A stretch of DNA of 64,000 nucleotides from the human T2T-CHM13v2.0 reference genome, Homo sapiens: the NCBI RefSeq assembly GCF_009914755.1, contig NC_060933.1. The stretch is one strand, 5' to 3'. This document shows, in pieces, positions 1 to 12,705 of this stretch (its first letter is position 1; every line of letters begins with the position of its first letter). Made by a program: the position numbers and the translations under genes. The notes under the pieces were generated by a model that was given only the letters and a program-made list of their open reading frames with translations, was not told the origin of the DNA and searched no databases.

Positions 1-483
1 TTTGCAAAAGACAACTTTATTAAAAAGCTGTCCTTTTACATCTATCTACATCAGTGAAGTAAATAGCAGATGCAAGCAGAGGCTTTCTCTTAGGCCCCAT
101 ATCAGCCTAAATACAGATCTTGGAAAGGTCATATTGAAACCTTGCCCAGAGATCACAACAGGCTACAATCTATTCTAAGGGCTGCTACCTGAGATACTTT
201 ATCTACATATTAAGACAACTTTGTTTGCAGTGCAGTTCCTCCCTTCACCCTCCTGTAGCTTGTCCACATCATCCTCCAGGAACCCCCTGATCCCTACTCC
301 ATTCTATGTTGTATAAAACTCCAGTCATCTTATCGTTTGAGTCTTAATTTTGTGAGGCTCTCGTGTATATGCACATAATTTGTATGCCTTTTCTCCTTTT
401 AATCTGTCGACTGTCAGTTTACTCTAGAAATTCAAATTTTTCTGTCTTCAAAGGGTGGAAGGAAAGTTTCTTTCACCCCTACA
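1..483 (+). mobile_element. MER34-family ERV1 LTR (5' end outside window)
   Basis: 3' end 'aatctgtcgactgtcagttt...ggaaagtttctttcacccctaca' resembles the MER34-type LTR terminus ending in CA. Confidence 0.7.
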
Positions 484-1179
484 CTACTCATAATAGAATA
501 CCAGAATGAGAAGAAAGAGAGAAAGAAGCAGAAGAAATATTTAAAGTAATAATGGCTGAAAAAAATTTAAAATGATCAAGACACCAAACCTGAGGATTAG
601 TGAAAGATACCAATCCACAGCTCGGAGAACACCAAGGAGGATAAATGCAAACAACAAAAACAAAAACACTTCACATACCTAGGAATATCATGTTCAAACT
701 GCTGAAATTTAAAGACAAGAAGACAATCTTTAAAGAAGGCTGGGGGGAAAACGAACCAAATTATCTATATTTTAAAAAGGAGAAAAATTACAGGGGATTT
801 GTTGTCAAAAACTTTTCAATGAAGAGAATGGAGTGAAATATTTAAAGTTCTGGAAGAAAAAAACCACCAATCTTGAATTCTGTATCCAGAGAAATTATCC
901 TTCAAAAATGTAGGAGAAATGAAGATTTTCTCAAACAAAAACTGAGGACATTCATGGCTAGCAGACCTGCTATGCAAGAAATGTTAAAAGAAGTTCTTCA
1001 GGGAGAAGGAAAATAATGTAAGTCAGAAATGAAGATCCACATAAAAAGAAAAGCATTATAAAATAAATTAATGAAGGTAAAATATCTTACTTGTATTGAT
1101 TTAAAAATAACTCTTCAGGTACTAGTGACAATGTATTGTGTGATAAAAAAGAGTCAGGCATACTCTGTTATAAGGTACA
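484..1179 (+). mobile_element. Old L1M (L1MC/ME-like) ORF1 fragment
   Basis: ORF 645-836 'HIPRNIMFKLLKFKDKKTIFK' resembles L1 ORF1p 'HTPRHIIVKLLKTKDKEKILK'; 'aaattatccttcaaaaatgtaggagaaat' is an ORF1 C-terminal motif. Confidence 0.8.
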
Positions 1180-1558
1180 TAGAAGACTAAAATGTGCTAC
1201 CTCAAAACATGCCTTTTTGGCAAAAGGAATATTTTGAATTGATTACTTTAAGAAACTGCAGACACAGGAGAAGCTCTGAAAACAGAGAGATTATCCTTCA
1301 GTAAGGAAAACTTATATCAATAAAGAGAATGTCCATTTTTAAGAGTATCTCCCTCTTTGTATCAGGCAGAGAAGGATGACTAAGTTAGCCTTTGCTGATG
1401 CAGAAGACACTGATTTAAGTCTACATAACAAACCATATTCTTATTTATTGTGCTTTTCCTGGTTACCTTGCCATTACTGGCCTCTCCAATACTCTTCTTT
1501 GTTTAAGTTAAAGATGCTATTTAAACTTGAACTCAAAGCCACCTATTTTGATACTATG
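1180..1558 (+). mobile_element. MER34-family LTR, 5' portion, inserted in L1M
   Basis: Start 'aaaatgtgctacctcaaaacatgcctttttggcaaaaggaatattttga...gcagacacaggagaagctct' resembles the MER34 5' end. Confidence 0.65.
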
Positions 1559-3029
1559 TAAAAAATTATGTTGCAAACTCACACCCTAAAACTTTTTCTT
1601 TAAAGAGGTATAACTGACATACTCAGAGAGAGATAAAATGGAATCGTATAGAATGCTCAGAGAAGGTAGAAAAAGGAGAAACTTCAATTGTGCAAAAGAG
1701 ATTGGAAAAAGAAATTGTCTTAAGAAAAAAGCAAGTCTAATACAGCAGATGAATTAGAGTTAAAAAATGCATTCCCTTTTTTATGTTTTTCTTTGAGACT
1801 CTTTTAGGTTTTATGATATAAGCATATTCCTCTTTTATTCTTTCCTTGCCTCACAGGATGGGGTATAAGACTCAATCATCCACAGAGTGTTTTGTGATCT
1901 TTTGATCAAAGACCTTATGAAAGCAAAGTAGCATTATTATTTTGAAACAGTTACTGGCCCTGGGTGGGGGTGGGGAGGATGTATAACAGAGAGAGAAAAA
2001 TGGAAAACATTGAAAGAATGCAGGTCATAAAAATCTAATGCTAGAAAGAATAAAAGCTATGGCCACTTAAAACACATGCATACTTAGTTAGAAAGTGAAA
2101 ATCCACTCAATCAAGCTAGTCATTCCATCTTTGCCAGGGCTGGCTTCAAATGTGACTATTTTCCATTCATTTGCCTGCCTAGTAGACTGAATAGAATCCT
2201 AGGCCATCTCATTCAGTTGAAACAGCTGAACTGGTTGTTCGTGTGGACACAAGCACAATTTAAGTTGCTTGAGCGCTTATGCAAGTCCCACAGGGTGGGG
2301 GTTGAAGAAAGAGGAAAGCGAAGGGCAATGTGGAGGAGAGGGAATTCCACAGTGTTGCTGGAGCTGGGGCCCAGAATAAACAATGCGCAGTGACCTATTT
2401 AGCAAATGGAAATGCAAACCAGAGAAAGCAGCCAAGGTCAGGGACACACATCCTCTCCTGCTGAGATGATTTGGGATGCTCAGAACAAGAAAATGAATAG
2501 CTCACATGAGGGAGTTTCCTTGAATTCCCCTGGGTGATAAATCACTGACTGTAGTGAAGTTTCTGCTTTTGTAAAACTCCGTTAAATAAATGGCAGCAGC
2601 AAGCTGAGGTCTGGTGTATATGCATTTTCCTTCTTTAGCTTAAAGGCAACATCCAATTAAGAATCTTTTTGGTCCAGCCTGTTTTTATTAAAGCCTGGAT
2701 TGCCTTCCTCTCCACCTGTCCCCCAAAGTTACCAGAGAAGCCTCTGAAACCAGACTCACTTTAGACCTCTCAGGATGAAATGCTTGGACTCAAATGCTTA
2801 TTTCACAGTATACATTTTTTAGGTGATTTAGTGTCCCAAAGTCACTTCATTTTATTCAAAGCTTTATGTTCATCAGGAAGAAGAAAGAGGTCAAACTGTG
2901 TAGCCCAATACCATAGAAAGCCTCAGAATGAAGTAAAGAAAGATAGTGTTGGTGGATTTCTGTCTATATCTGTATTATCTGACTATCTATGTATCTATCC
3001 ATCCATATTGTGATCCTAATTCTGATAAG

Positions 3030-3160
3030 ATATGCATAGAAAAATAACTACCAGAAAATGCACTGAAAGGTTCAAAACAAGTGTTGTTAGGTGATAGTAT
3101 TATAAGTGATAGTTTTCTTCTTTATATTTTGTTGGTATTTTCTAACTTTCTAACAATTTA
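3030..3160 (+). mobile_element. L1ME 3'-end fragment
   Basis: 'taggtgatagtattataagtgatagttttcttctttatattttt...tttctaactttctaac' is typical of an L1ME 3'UTR. Confidence 0.5.
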
Positions 3161-3163
3161 TAT

Positions 3164-3442
3164 CAATGCTGTCCAATAGAAATAAAAAGATAATGAGCAG
3201 CAAATGTACCCACTTATGTTATTGTAAATTTTTTTAAGAAAAAAGGGTAAGTTAATTTTAATTACATATATTACATAATTTACTACATCTAAAATATTAT
3301 TTCAACATAAAATTATTGAGATATTTTCAATTTTTGGCTATCAGCTCTTCAAAATCTGATATACAGTTTATACTAACAGTACATTTCAATTTGGAATAGC
3401 CATATTTCTAGAGATCAGTGGCCATTGTATTGGACAGTGCAG
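3164..3442 (-). mobile_element. MER33 (hAT-Charlie non-autonomous DNA transposon)
   Basis: Terminal inverted repeats 'caatgctgtccaatagaaata' and 'gtattggacagtgcag'; MER33-like internal sequence. Confidence 0.8.
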
Positions 3443-3461
3443 TTCTACAGGAAAAATAACC

Positions 3462-3492
<31 letters not shown>

Positions 3493-3529
3493 TGTGTGTT
3501 TGTGTGACAGAGAGAGAGAGAGAGAGAGA
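3462..3529. repeat. Compound (GT)n(GA)n microsatellite
   Basis: Read directly. Confidence 0.97.
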
Positions 3530-3562
3530 ATAATAAGAGAGAATGATAGAAATAATGTAGAG

Positions 3563-3810
3563 AATTGTTTCCTAAACTATTCTGTGGAACCCTAATACTT
3601 TCATGTCTCATGAAATTTTACCAGATAGCAAAATAGAAAAATATTTGTTGCAAAGACATAGAAAAATATATGTTGCAAAGTCAAATAACTTTGGAAATTC
3701 CAGGATAAGCAAAATTAAATCACTTTCTCTGCTGTAGGACTCCGTAAAGCCTTTAATATGCTAATATGCTTCATAAAGCTTTAAGAGAAATATATGGTTT
3801 ACTACTATTT
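3563..3810. mobile_element. hAT-Charlie (Charlie4z-like) fragment
   Basis: 'tgtttcctaaactattctgtggaac' and 'aagcctttaatatgctaatatgc' motifs. Confidence 0.45.
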
Positions 3811-3834
3811 TCATTAACTTTTCAGCAAAAGCCT

Positions 3835-4142
3835 TGATATAGTTTGGATTTGTGTCTCCACCAAATCTCATGCTGAATTGTAATCCCCAGTGTTGTTGGT
3901 GGAGCCTGGTGAAAGGTAATTGGATCATGGAAGTAGATTCTCATGAATGGTTTAACACTATCCCTTTGGTGCCGTTCTTGTGATAGTGAGTGAGTTCTCA
4001 CAAGATCTGGTTGTTTAAAAGTGTGTGGCACCTCCCCTCTCTCTCTCTCTCTTGCTCTTGCTCAGGCCATGTGCTGTGCCTTGTCCCCCTTTGCCTTCCA
4101 CTATGATTGTAAATTTTTTGAGGCCTCCTCAGAAGCTGAGCA
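3835..4142 (+). mobile_element. MSTA/MSTB MaLR LTR, 3'-truncated
   Basis: 'tgatatagtttggatttgtgtctccaccaaatctcatg...gtgagttctcacaagatctggttgtttaaaagtgtgtggcacc'. Confidence 0.9.
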
Positions 4143-4272
4143 ACATCATCTCACAGGATACATGGAACAATTTTAGAAACTTTGATGTAGAAAAATTAGC
4201 AAATGAAATAAACAAAAATATGCACAGGGAGTTAGTATTGAAATGTTATGCTTTATTGCAAGTATCATGATC

Positions 4273-4275
<3 letters not shown>

Positions 4276-4317
<42 letters not shown>

Positions 4318-4370
4318 TGAGAGAGAGAGAGAGAGACAGAGAGAGAGAATGAGAGAGATACAGAGAGAGA
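4276..4370. repeat. Compound (GT)n(GA)n microsatellite
   Basis: Read directly. Confidence 0.97.
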
Positions 4371-5267
4371 AATGGATTCACAGAGTATGCAGTACATTAA
4401 CTTAATAATACCTCCTCTTCCATTTATTTTCACATGTACTATTTTAACATTACAGTAGTTCTGGGGAGCAATGCAAAATAAATGTAACAGGGATTATGTT
4501 TCTGTTTTACATAAGATAGAAAAAGGGCCTCTGCATATTAAATGTTTATTGCCATACTATTAATTTGTTGCAGATTCATGAATTTTTGAATTTAGAACTG
4601 CTGCATCCCAGCTGTAAAGATTTTCTTTTAAACTGTACTATTTTTTTCATATTCTCATTTTAATGTTTATATTGATGCAAATTCAATTTATTCCCTTAGT
4701 GGTAAAATGGAATATTGCTGTCATTCTCTTACCTAGATGATGCCTTAATTAGATAATAAAATGCATTTAGCTTCTGAGAAAACCACAAGCTGCTTGTCGT
4801 TAATTTCATCTAGAATTTCTTGTGTCATTAGTAATTTCTCCTCTCTTCCTCTTTTTTTTTCTACAAATATTCTTGATCTCTGAAACTTTTGTTCTCAGAG
4901 AGATTAAGCAGAAATAAAGTCAGATGCTTAAAGAAGGTCAAAATTTGAGCTGAGTATATACTAGCACTAGGAAAGTCAGCATAAATAAAAAGGAATACTT
5001 ATATTTTCAAATAATAATTTTACAGAATGATGTTGTGTTGGAGGGTTTGATTATCCTAAGTCCAATAAGGACAACCAAGACAGTATGCATGTTCTTGTTT
5101 GCCAACAGAGTTATTTGAGCCAAATTGAAAAGTTGTCCTACCATAAATATGTAGAAATAATATCTGAAATGATAATTTTAAATGCAGGTGAACATTAATT
5201 TTCATTTAGCAAAAGCTGCACCTGAAATACTTCAGGAATGAGAGGATTGGAGCTAAAAAAAGTTTTT

Positions 5268-8200
5268 AAACTTTTATTTTAAGTTTATGGGGACATTTGT
5301 AGGTTTTTTATAGAGGTAAACTCATGTCACAGGAGTTTGTTAGACAGATTATTTCAGCACCCAGATGTTAAGCCTAATATGCATTAGTTATTTTTCCTCA
5401 TCCTCACCCTCCTTCCACTCTTCACACTCAGGTAGGTCCCAGTGTCTGTTGTTCCCCTCTATGTGTCCATGTGTTCTCATAATTTAGTTCCCACTTATAA
5501 GTGAGAATATGTGGTATTTGGTTTTTTGTTCCTGCATTTGCTAAGGATAATGGCCTCCAGCTCCATCTATGCTCCTGCAAAGGATGTGATCTCGATCTTT
5601 TTATGGCTTCATGGTATTCCATGGTGCATATATACCACATTTTCTTTATTCAGTCTACCATTGATGGGCATTTGGGTTGATTCCATGTCTTTGCTATTGT
5701 GAATAGTGCTGCAATGAACATACACATGCATGTGTCTTTATAATAGAAAGATTTATATTTCTTTGGGTATATACCCAGTAATGGGATTGCTGGGTTGATG
5801 GTAGTATTGTTTTTAGCTCTCTGAGGAAGCACCACACTGTTTTCAACAATGGTTAAACTAATTTACACTCATACCAACAGTATATAAGTGTTCTCATTTT
5901 CTCCACAACCTCACCAAATGCTATTTTTTGAGTTTTTTATAACACCACAATATTGTGGTGAGTTATTTTTTGACTTTTTAATAGTAGCCATTCTGACTGG
6001 TATGTTATCTCATTGCAGTTTTGATTTGCATTTCACTAATTATCAGTGATGTTGAGCTTTTTTTCATATACTTGTTGGCTGCATGTGTGTCTTCCTTTGC
6101 AAAGTGTTTGTTCATGTCCTTTGCCCATTTTTTAATGTTTTTTTCTCTTGTAAATTTGCTTAAGTTTCTTATAAATGCTAGATATTAGAGTTTTGTTGAA
6201 GGCATAGTTTGCAAATATTTTCTCTCACTCTGTAGGTTGTCTATTTACTCTGTTGAGAAGTTTCTTTTGCTGTGCAAAAGCTCTTTAGTTAAATTGCATC
6301 TGTCAACTTTTGCTTTTGTTGCAATTGCTTTTGGCATCATCGTCATGACATATTTGCCCATTCCTATGTCTGGAATGGTGTTGCCTAGATTGTCTTCCAG
6401 AGTTTTTATAGTTTTGAGTTTTACATTTAAGTCTTTAAGCCATCTTGAATTTTGTTTTGTATATGGTGTAAGAAAGGGATCCAGTTTTAATCTTCTGCAC
6501 ATGACTAGCCAGTTATCTCAGCACCATTTATTGAATAAGGAGTACTTTCCCCTTTGCTTGTTTTTTTCAGCTGTGTCAAAAATCATATGCTTGTCGGTGT
6601 GAGGCCTTATTTCAGGGCTCTGTATTCTGTTCCATTGGTCTATGTGTCTGTTTTTGTACCAGTACCATGCTGTTTTGGTTACTGCAGCCCTGTAGTACAG
6701 TTTGAAGTCAGGTAGCATGATGCCTCTAGCTTTGTTCTTTTTTATTAGAATTGTCTCAGCTATTCAGACTGTTTTTTGGTTCCATATGAATTTTAAAATA
6801 GTTTTTTTCTAGTTCTGTGAGGAATGTCATTGGTAGTTTGATGGGAATAGCAATGAATGTATAAATTGCTTTGGGCAGTATGGCCATTTTAATGATATTA
6901 ATTCTTCCTACCCATGAGCATGGAATATTTTTCCATTTGTTTGTGTCATCTCTGATTTCTTTGTAGTTTTCATTGTAGATGTCTTTCACCTCTAGTTAGC
7001 TGTATTCCTAGGTATTTTATTTTTCTGTGGTAATTCTGAATGGGATTGTATTTCCGACTTGGTTGTCAGCTTGACTGTTGTATATATATAGGAATGCTAG
7101 TTATTTTTGTATATTGATTTTCTTTCCTGAAACTTTGCTGAAGTTGTTTGTCAGCTGAAGGAGCTATTGGGCTGAGACTATGGGGTTTTCTAGGTATAGT
7201 TTCATGTTGTTTGCAAACAGTTTAACTATTTGGATGCCCTTTATTTATTTCTATTGTCTGATTTTTTTTTTTTTTTGAGATAGAGTCTCGCTCTGTTGCC
7301 CAGGCTGGAGTGCAGTGGCATGATCTCGGCTCACTGCAACCTCCATCTCCCAGATTGAAGTGATTCTCCTGCCTCAGTCTCCTGAGTAGCTGGGATTAGA
7401 GGCACATACCACCACGCCTGGCTAATTTTTGTACTTTTAGTAGAGACAGGGTTTCACCATGTTGGTCAGGCTGGTCCTGGCCTCATGATCCACCCACCTC
7501 ACCCTCCCAAAGTGCTGGCATTGCAGGTGTGAGCCACCACGCCTGGCCCAGGACTTCTAATATTATGTTGAATGGGAGTGGTGAGAAAGAGTATCCTTGC
7601 CTTGTGTCAGTTTTCAAGAGGAAGGCATCTAGTTTTTGCCCATTCAGTAGATGTTGGCTGTGGGTTTGTCATAGATGTCTCTTATTATTTTGAGGTATGT
7701 TCCTTCAATAACTAGTTTATTGAGAGTTTTTAATGTGAATGGATGTTGAATGTTATTGAAAGCTTTGTCTGCCTCTATTGAAATAATCATGTGGCCTTCA
7801 TCATTAGTTGTGGGTTTATATGATGAATCATGTTTATTGATTGTGTATATTGAACTAATCTTACATACCAGGAATAAAGCATACTTGATTGTGGTGGATA
7901 AGCTTTTTGGTGTACTGCTGGATTTGGTTCACCAGTATTGTACTGGGGGATTTTACCTTGATATTCATCAAACATATTGGCCTGAAGTTTTCTTTTTTGT
8001 CTGTATCTCTGCCAGGTTTTGATATCAGGATGATGCTGGCCTCATAGAATGAGTTAGGGAGGAGTCCCTCCTCCTCATTTTTTTCAGGACTAGCTTCAAC
8101 AGGAAAGGTACCAGCTCTTCTATGTACATCTGTTAGAATTTGGTTGTGAATTGCTCTGATCCTGGGCTTTTTTTCAGTTGGTAGGTTATATATTGCAGAT

Positions 8201-11200
8201 TCAGTTTTGGAGCTCACTATTGGTCTGTTCAGGGATTTAATTTTTTCCTGGTTCAGTCTCGGGATGATGTTTGCATACAGGAATTTATGCATTTCTTCTA
8301 GATTTTCTAGTTTGTGTGCATAGAGGTGTTCATAATGTTTGCTGATAGTTATTTGTATTTTTGTGGGGTCAATAGTAATATCTCCTTTATCATTTCTAAC
8401 TGTTTTTCTTTGAATCTGCTGTCTTTTATTCTCTGCTCTTCTTCTATATTAGTCTAGCTAGCAGTCTGTCTATGATATTAAGTTTTTCAAAAGACCATCT
8501 TCTGCATTTGTTGATCTTTTGAATGTTTTTTGGTGTCTCAATTTCCTTCAGTTCATCTCTGATTGTGGTTATTTCTTGTCTTCTGCTAGGTTTGGGGTTG
8601 GTTTGCTCTTGGTTCTCTAGTTCTTTTAGTTGTGATGTTAGGTTGGTAAATTGAAATCTTTCTAGTTATATTTTGTGGGTGTTTAGTGCTATAAGTTTCC
8701 TTTTTAACACTGCCTTAGTCGTGTCACAGAGATTCTGGTAGGTTTTTATCTTTTTTCTCATTAGTTTCAAAAAACTTCTTGATTTATGCCTTAATTTTAT
8801 TATTTACCCAAAAGTCATTCAGGGGCAGGTTATTTAATTTACATGAAATTATATGGTTTTGAGCAATTTTCTTTGTCTTGATTTCTAATTTTATTGTGCT
8901 GTGGTTCAAGAAAGTGATTGGTGTGATTTCAGTTCCTTTGTTGCTAAGGATTGTTTTATGTTCAATTGTGTGGCCTATTTTAGAGTATGTGCCATGTGGC
9001 ATTGAAAAGAATGTACATTCTTTTGTTTAGGGGTGGAGAGTTCTGTAGATGTCTGTCAGATCCATTCGATCCAGTACTGAGTCCAGGTCCTGTGTATCTT
9101 TGTTAATTCTCTGCCTAGATGATCTAATACTGTCAATGAAGTGTTGACGTTTCCCACTATTATTGTGTGGGAGTCTAAGTGCCTTTGAAGGTCTCTAAGA
9201 ATTTAGTTTATGAATTTGGGTGCTCCTGTGTTGTGTGCGTATATATTTAGGATAATTAGGTCTTCTTGTTGAACACTTTACCATTATGCAATGCTCTTCT
9301 TTGTCTTTTTTTTATCTTTGTTGGTTTAAAGTCTGTTTTGTTTGATATTAGGAATACAACCTCTACTTTTTGCTGTTTTATCTTTGTTTGGTAGAGTTTT
9401 CTCCATCACTTTATTTTGAGCCTATGAGTGTCATTGCATGTGTGATGGGTCTCTTGAAGACAGCATAGCATTGGGTTTTGGTTCTTTATCCAGCTTGCCA
9501 CTCTGTGTCTTTCAATTGGGGTATTTAGCCCATTTACATTCAATGTTAGTAGTGATATCTGTGGATTTGATCTGTCACCATGGTGTTAGCTGGTTATTAG
9601 GCACTGCATACTTGTTTGTGTGGTTGCTTTATAGTGTCACTGTCTGTGTACTTCAGCATGTTTTTGTACTGACTGGTAACACTCTTTCCTTTTCATATTT
9701 AGTGCTTGTAAAGAGCTCTTGTAAGGCAGGACTCATGGTTACAAATTTTCTCAGCATTTACTTGTCTGAAAAATATCTTAATTCTCATTTGCTTATGAAG
9801 TTTAGTTGGGCTGGATATAAAAATGTTGGTTGCAATTTCTTTTCTTAAAAATGTTGAATATTGGCCCCCGATTTTTTTCTGGTTTGTAGGGTTTCTACTG
9901 AGAAGTCAGCTTTTAGTTTGATGGTCTTTTCTATGTAGGTGACCTGACCTTTCTCTCTGACTGCCTTTAACATTTTTTCTTTCATTTCAGCCTTAGAGAA
10001 TCTGTTGATTATATGTCTTGGAGATAATCTTGTATAGAATCTTGCAAGTGTTCTCTGTATTTCCTGAATTTGATTGTTGGCCTCTCTAGTGAGGCTGGAG
10101 AAGTTTTCATGGATGACAACCTGAAATATATTTTCCAAGTTGTTTGCTTTCTCTGTCTTTCTCAGGGATACAAGTGATTTGTAGATTTGGCCTCTTTACA
10201 TAATCCCATATTTCTTAGAGGTTTCATTTGATCCTTTTCATTCTTTTTTCTTTATTTTTGTCTAACTGTCTTATTTCAGAGAGTCAGTCTTCAAGTTCCA
10301 AGAATCTGTTTTCAGCTTGATCTATTCCACTGTTAATACTTCCAACTGCATTGTCACATTTTTTAGTGTATTTTTTCAATCTATCAGATCTAAAACCATA
10401 TATACACTGGCTGGCTATTTTGTCTCTCAGCTCCTGTATCATTTTATTATGAGTCTTAGTTTCCTTGCATTGGGTTTTGCTATTCTCCTGAATCTCTGTG
10501 ATCTTTGTTCCTATCTATATTCTGAATTCTATTTCTGCCATTTCAGCCAATTCAACCTGGTTAAGAACACTTGTTGGAGAGCTAGGGAAGCTGGGGCTTC
10601 CCTGCATTGTGAAGAGTTAGGTGGGAAGATGGGACTTGTGGGAGACAGACTAGCATTCTCTCCTTCTGTCAATTCCAGCTTGTTTGAAGTATGGATAAGG
10701 CACTTAGAGTCTTTGAATCTTCATTAGTCTGAGGGTATCAGGGGTAGCAAAGCTGCAAAGATGGTGGCAGAAGGGCTTTCATTTGCTCCTGGGGGCTCCA
10801 TTTCCAGCAAACACAGAGTTGCGGTTACTTGGAGTGTTCAGCCAGTGTGGTTGGACAGTTGCATTGCTGGTATGAGCTTGGGGCTCTGCTTGCTGGAGAG
10901 CAGGGGATTGAGGGTTCATGACGGGGAGAGACTGGTCTCCTTTCCATGTGGCAACTGTGGCATGCGGCAAGCTTGGGTGTAGCCCTCAGGCTCTTTGTTT
11001 CTTCCCCTGACTGAGGGCAGCAGGGATAGAACCACTCCTGTGGCAATGGCAGAGGGGCTGTTGGATGTCTTTGGGAGCCTCTCCCTAGGGAGACTCTGGG
11101 CCACTACCAGTGGCTATAATCAGCCATGAGTGGGGATGACTGTTCTGTGGTCAGGAGCCTGGGACCCTGCTTAATGAGGAGTGGGAGCTGGGGTTCCGGG

Positions 11201-12215
11201 GGAAGAGGGGTTGGACTCCTTTCCGTGTGGTGGCTGCAGTGTGCTGAAGGACCAGTGTAGTGACTAGGTCCTTTGTTCCTTTCCCAACCCTAGGGTTGTT
11301 AGGGTGGTACTACTGCAACTGCAGTGGCAGAAGGGATGTAGGTTGACTCTGGGATTCCCTCCTTGGAGAAATGGTGCGCTGCCTCTGATTGAAGTGGTCA
11401 CCTGTGGGCACAGTGGTTGTGCTGGAGTTCCAGATTAGGCAGCGCTCCCCAGTAAGAAGTATGGACTGAAACCTGTGTAAAGAACAGCCTGACCACTTTT
11501 CCATGAGGTGGGTGCTCTATGTTGGGGGTCCGGACCAGTTCTTGGTCCCCATGAACCCTCTGCAGCCTGGAGCCTGGAGACAGCAAAGGTTAGGGCTGCA
11601 AGACAGGAAAGATGGCAACCCGCCCTTCCCTCTGGGAGCTCCATCTCAGGAAGGAATAATGCTGCTACTGATTGCTGGCTGGGATCCCAAGCCAGTTGGT
11701 TTTATCCTGTGTGGTGCTATGGGAGCAGGGCCTGTAGACCATTGCTGGTTTCAACCCCTTTCTGGGGGGTATGTACGAGGATCTAACCTCCTGCTTTGAC
11801 AGAGTTGCAGCTGCTTTTGCCAGGGAGCCTGGGTATCTAAGGCTCCCAAGGCCCTACATGTTCCTTAGTGGATGCTCTGCTGAAACTCCACGTAGCTCTG
11901 TGTGTCAGACTGAAGGCCCTGGTGGAGTAAATTCACAAGGGGATCTCCTGACCCAAGAGTTGCAAAGATCCATAGAAGTGTGGATCCCTGGGGTCACTCA
12001 CTCACCACTCCCCCTGGCTCTGCTGTTGCTCCCAGGTGGACAGTCATCCTACCTTGCTTTTTTCTGTTCTCCATGGGTCGAGTTTTTCCTGATGAATCCC
12101 AGTGTATGTACCTGGATGTTTCAGTTCAAGGTGCTGCATTTATTTGCCCTTTCTATTTCTCTCCATAAGAGGAGCACACACTGGCTTCTTCTAGTCAGCC
12201 ATCTTGGCCAGCCTC
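5268..12215 (-). mobile_element. Near-full-length decayed LINE-1, L1PA13-like (3'UTR, ORF2, ORF1, 5'UTR)
   Basis: Minus-strand peptides resemble ORF2p ([48 protein letters not shown]) and ORF1p (IQEIQRTLARF..PRHII). The 5' start reads 'gaggctggccaagatggctgactagaag' on the minus strand and the 3'UTR is L1PA13-type. Many stops and frameshifts. Confidence 0.93.
7262..7548 (-). mobile_element. AluS inserted in L1 ORF2
   Basis: poly-T then 'gagatagagtctcgctctgttgcccaggctggagtgcagtgg...gagccaccacgcctggcc'. Confidence 0.95.
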
Positions 12216-12392
12216 ATAAGGAATCTTAAAGATCAGCTGGACAACAACTCCTTGGGGAAAAAAAATTAAATTACATTTGCTGATCCCCTTTTAACTTTTA
12301 CTTTTTAAAAATATTTACCTAAACTTAAATGATGCATTAGATTTATTTCATGTTCAAGACTCAGCAGCTAGTTTCATTTTTAAGAATTAAAA

Positions 12393-12698
12393 TTCTTTTT
12401 CTTCTTTAGAGACAGAGTCTTGCTCTGTTAATGAGGCTGGAGTACAGTTATGTGAACATGGCTGAATGCATCCTTGACCTCTTGGGCTCAAGTCATCTTT
12501 CCCCCTCAGCTTCCCTCATAGCTGGGGCTATAGGCACATACTACTATACCAGCTAGTTTTTGTTTTTTTTTTTTTTTTTTAATAAAGGTGTATTCTTGCT
12601 ATGTTGCCCAAGTTGGTCTTGAATTCCTGGTCTCAAGTGATCCTTCTGCCTCAGCCCCTCAAAGTGCTGAGATTACAGGTGTAAACCACCACACCCAG
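12393..12698 (-). mobile_element. AluJ
   Basis: Diverged dimer with J-type 'gggctcaag' and 'tgctatgttgccca' motifs. Confidence 0.9.
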
Positions 12699-12705
12699 AA
12701 AAAAT

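Noticed and set aside
1-1558. Two same-orientation MER34-like LTRs suggesting a provirus
   Set aside because: The sequence between them is L1 ORF1, not ERV internal sequence, and the LTRs are dissimilar, so independent insertions are more likely
3633-3680. 25-bp tandem duplication 'atagaaaaatat(t/a)tgttgcaaag'
   Set aside because: Ordinary slippage duplication
5428-10138. Many ORFs with RT/endonuclease/ORF1-like peptides (also 44740-46197)
   Set aside because: Fragments of decayed L1 ORF1/ORF2 with stops and frameshifts, not host genes
10650-11490. About three diverged ~280-bp subrepeats and GC-rich ORFs
   Set aside because: They lie in the L1 5'UTR and are most likely an intrinsic feature of this L1 lineage, not a local array or gene
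5240-12235. Target-site duplication of the large L1
   Set aside because: No matching direct repeats visible at the two ends, so none is reported
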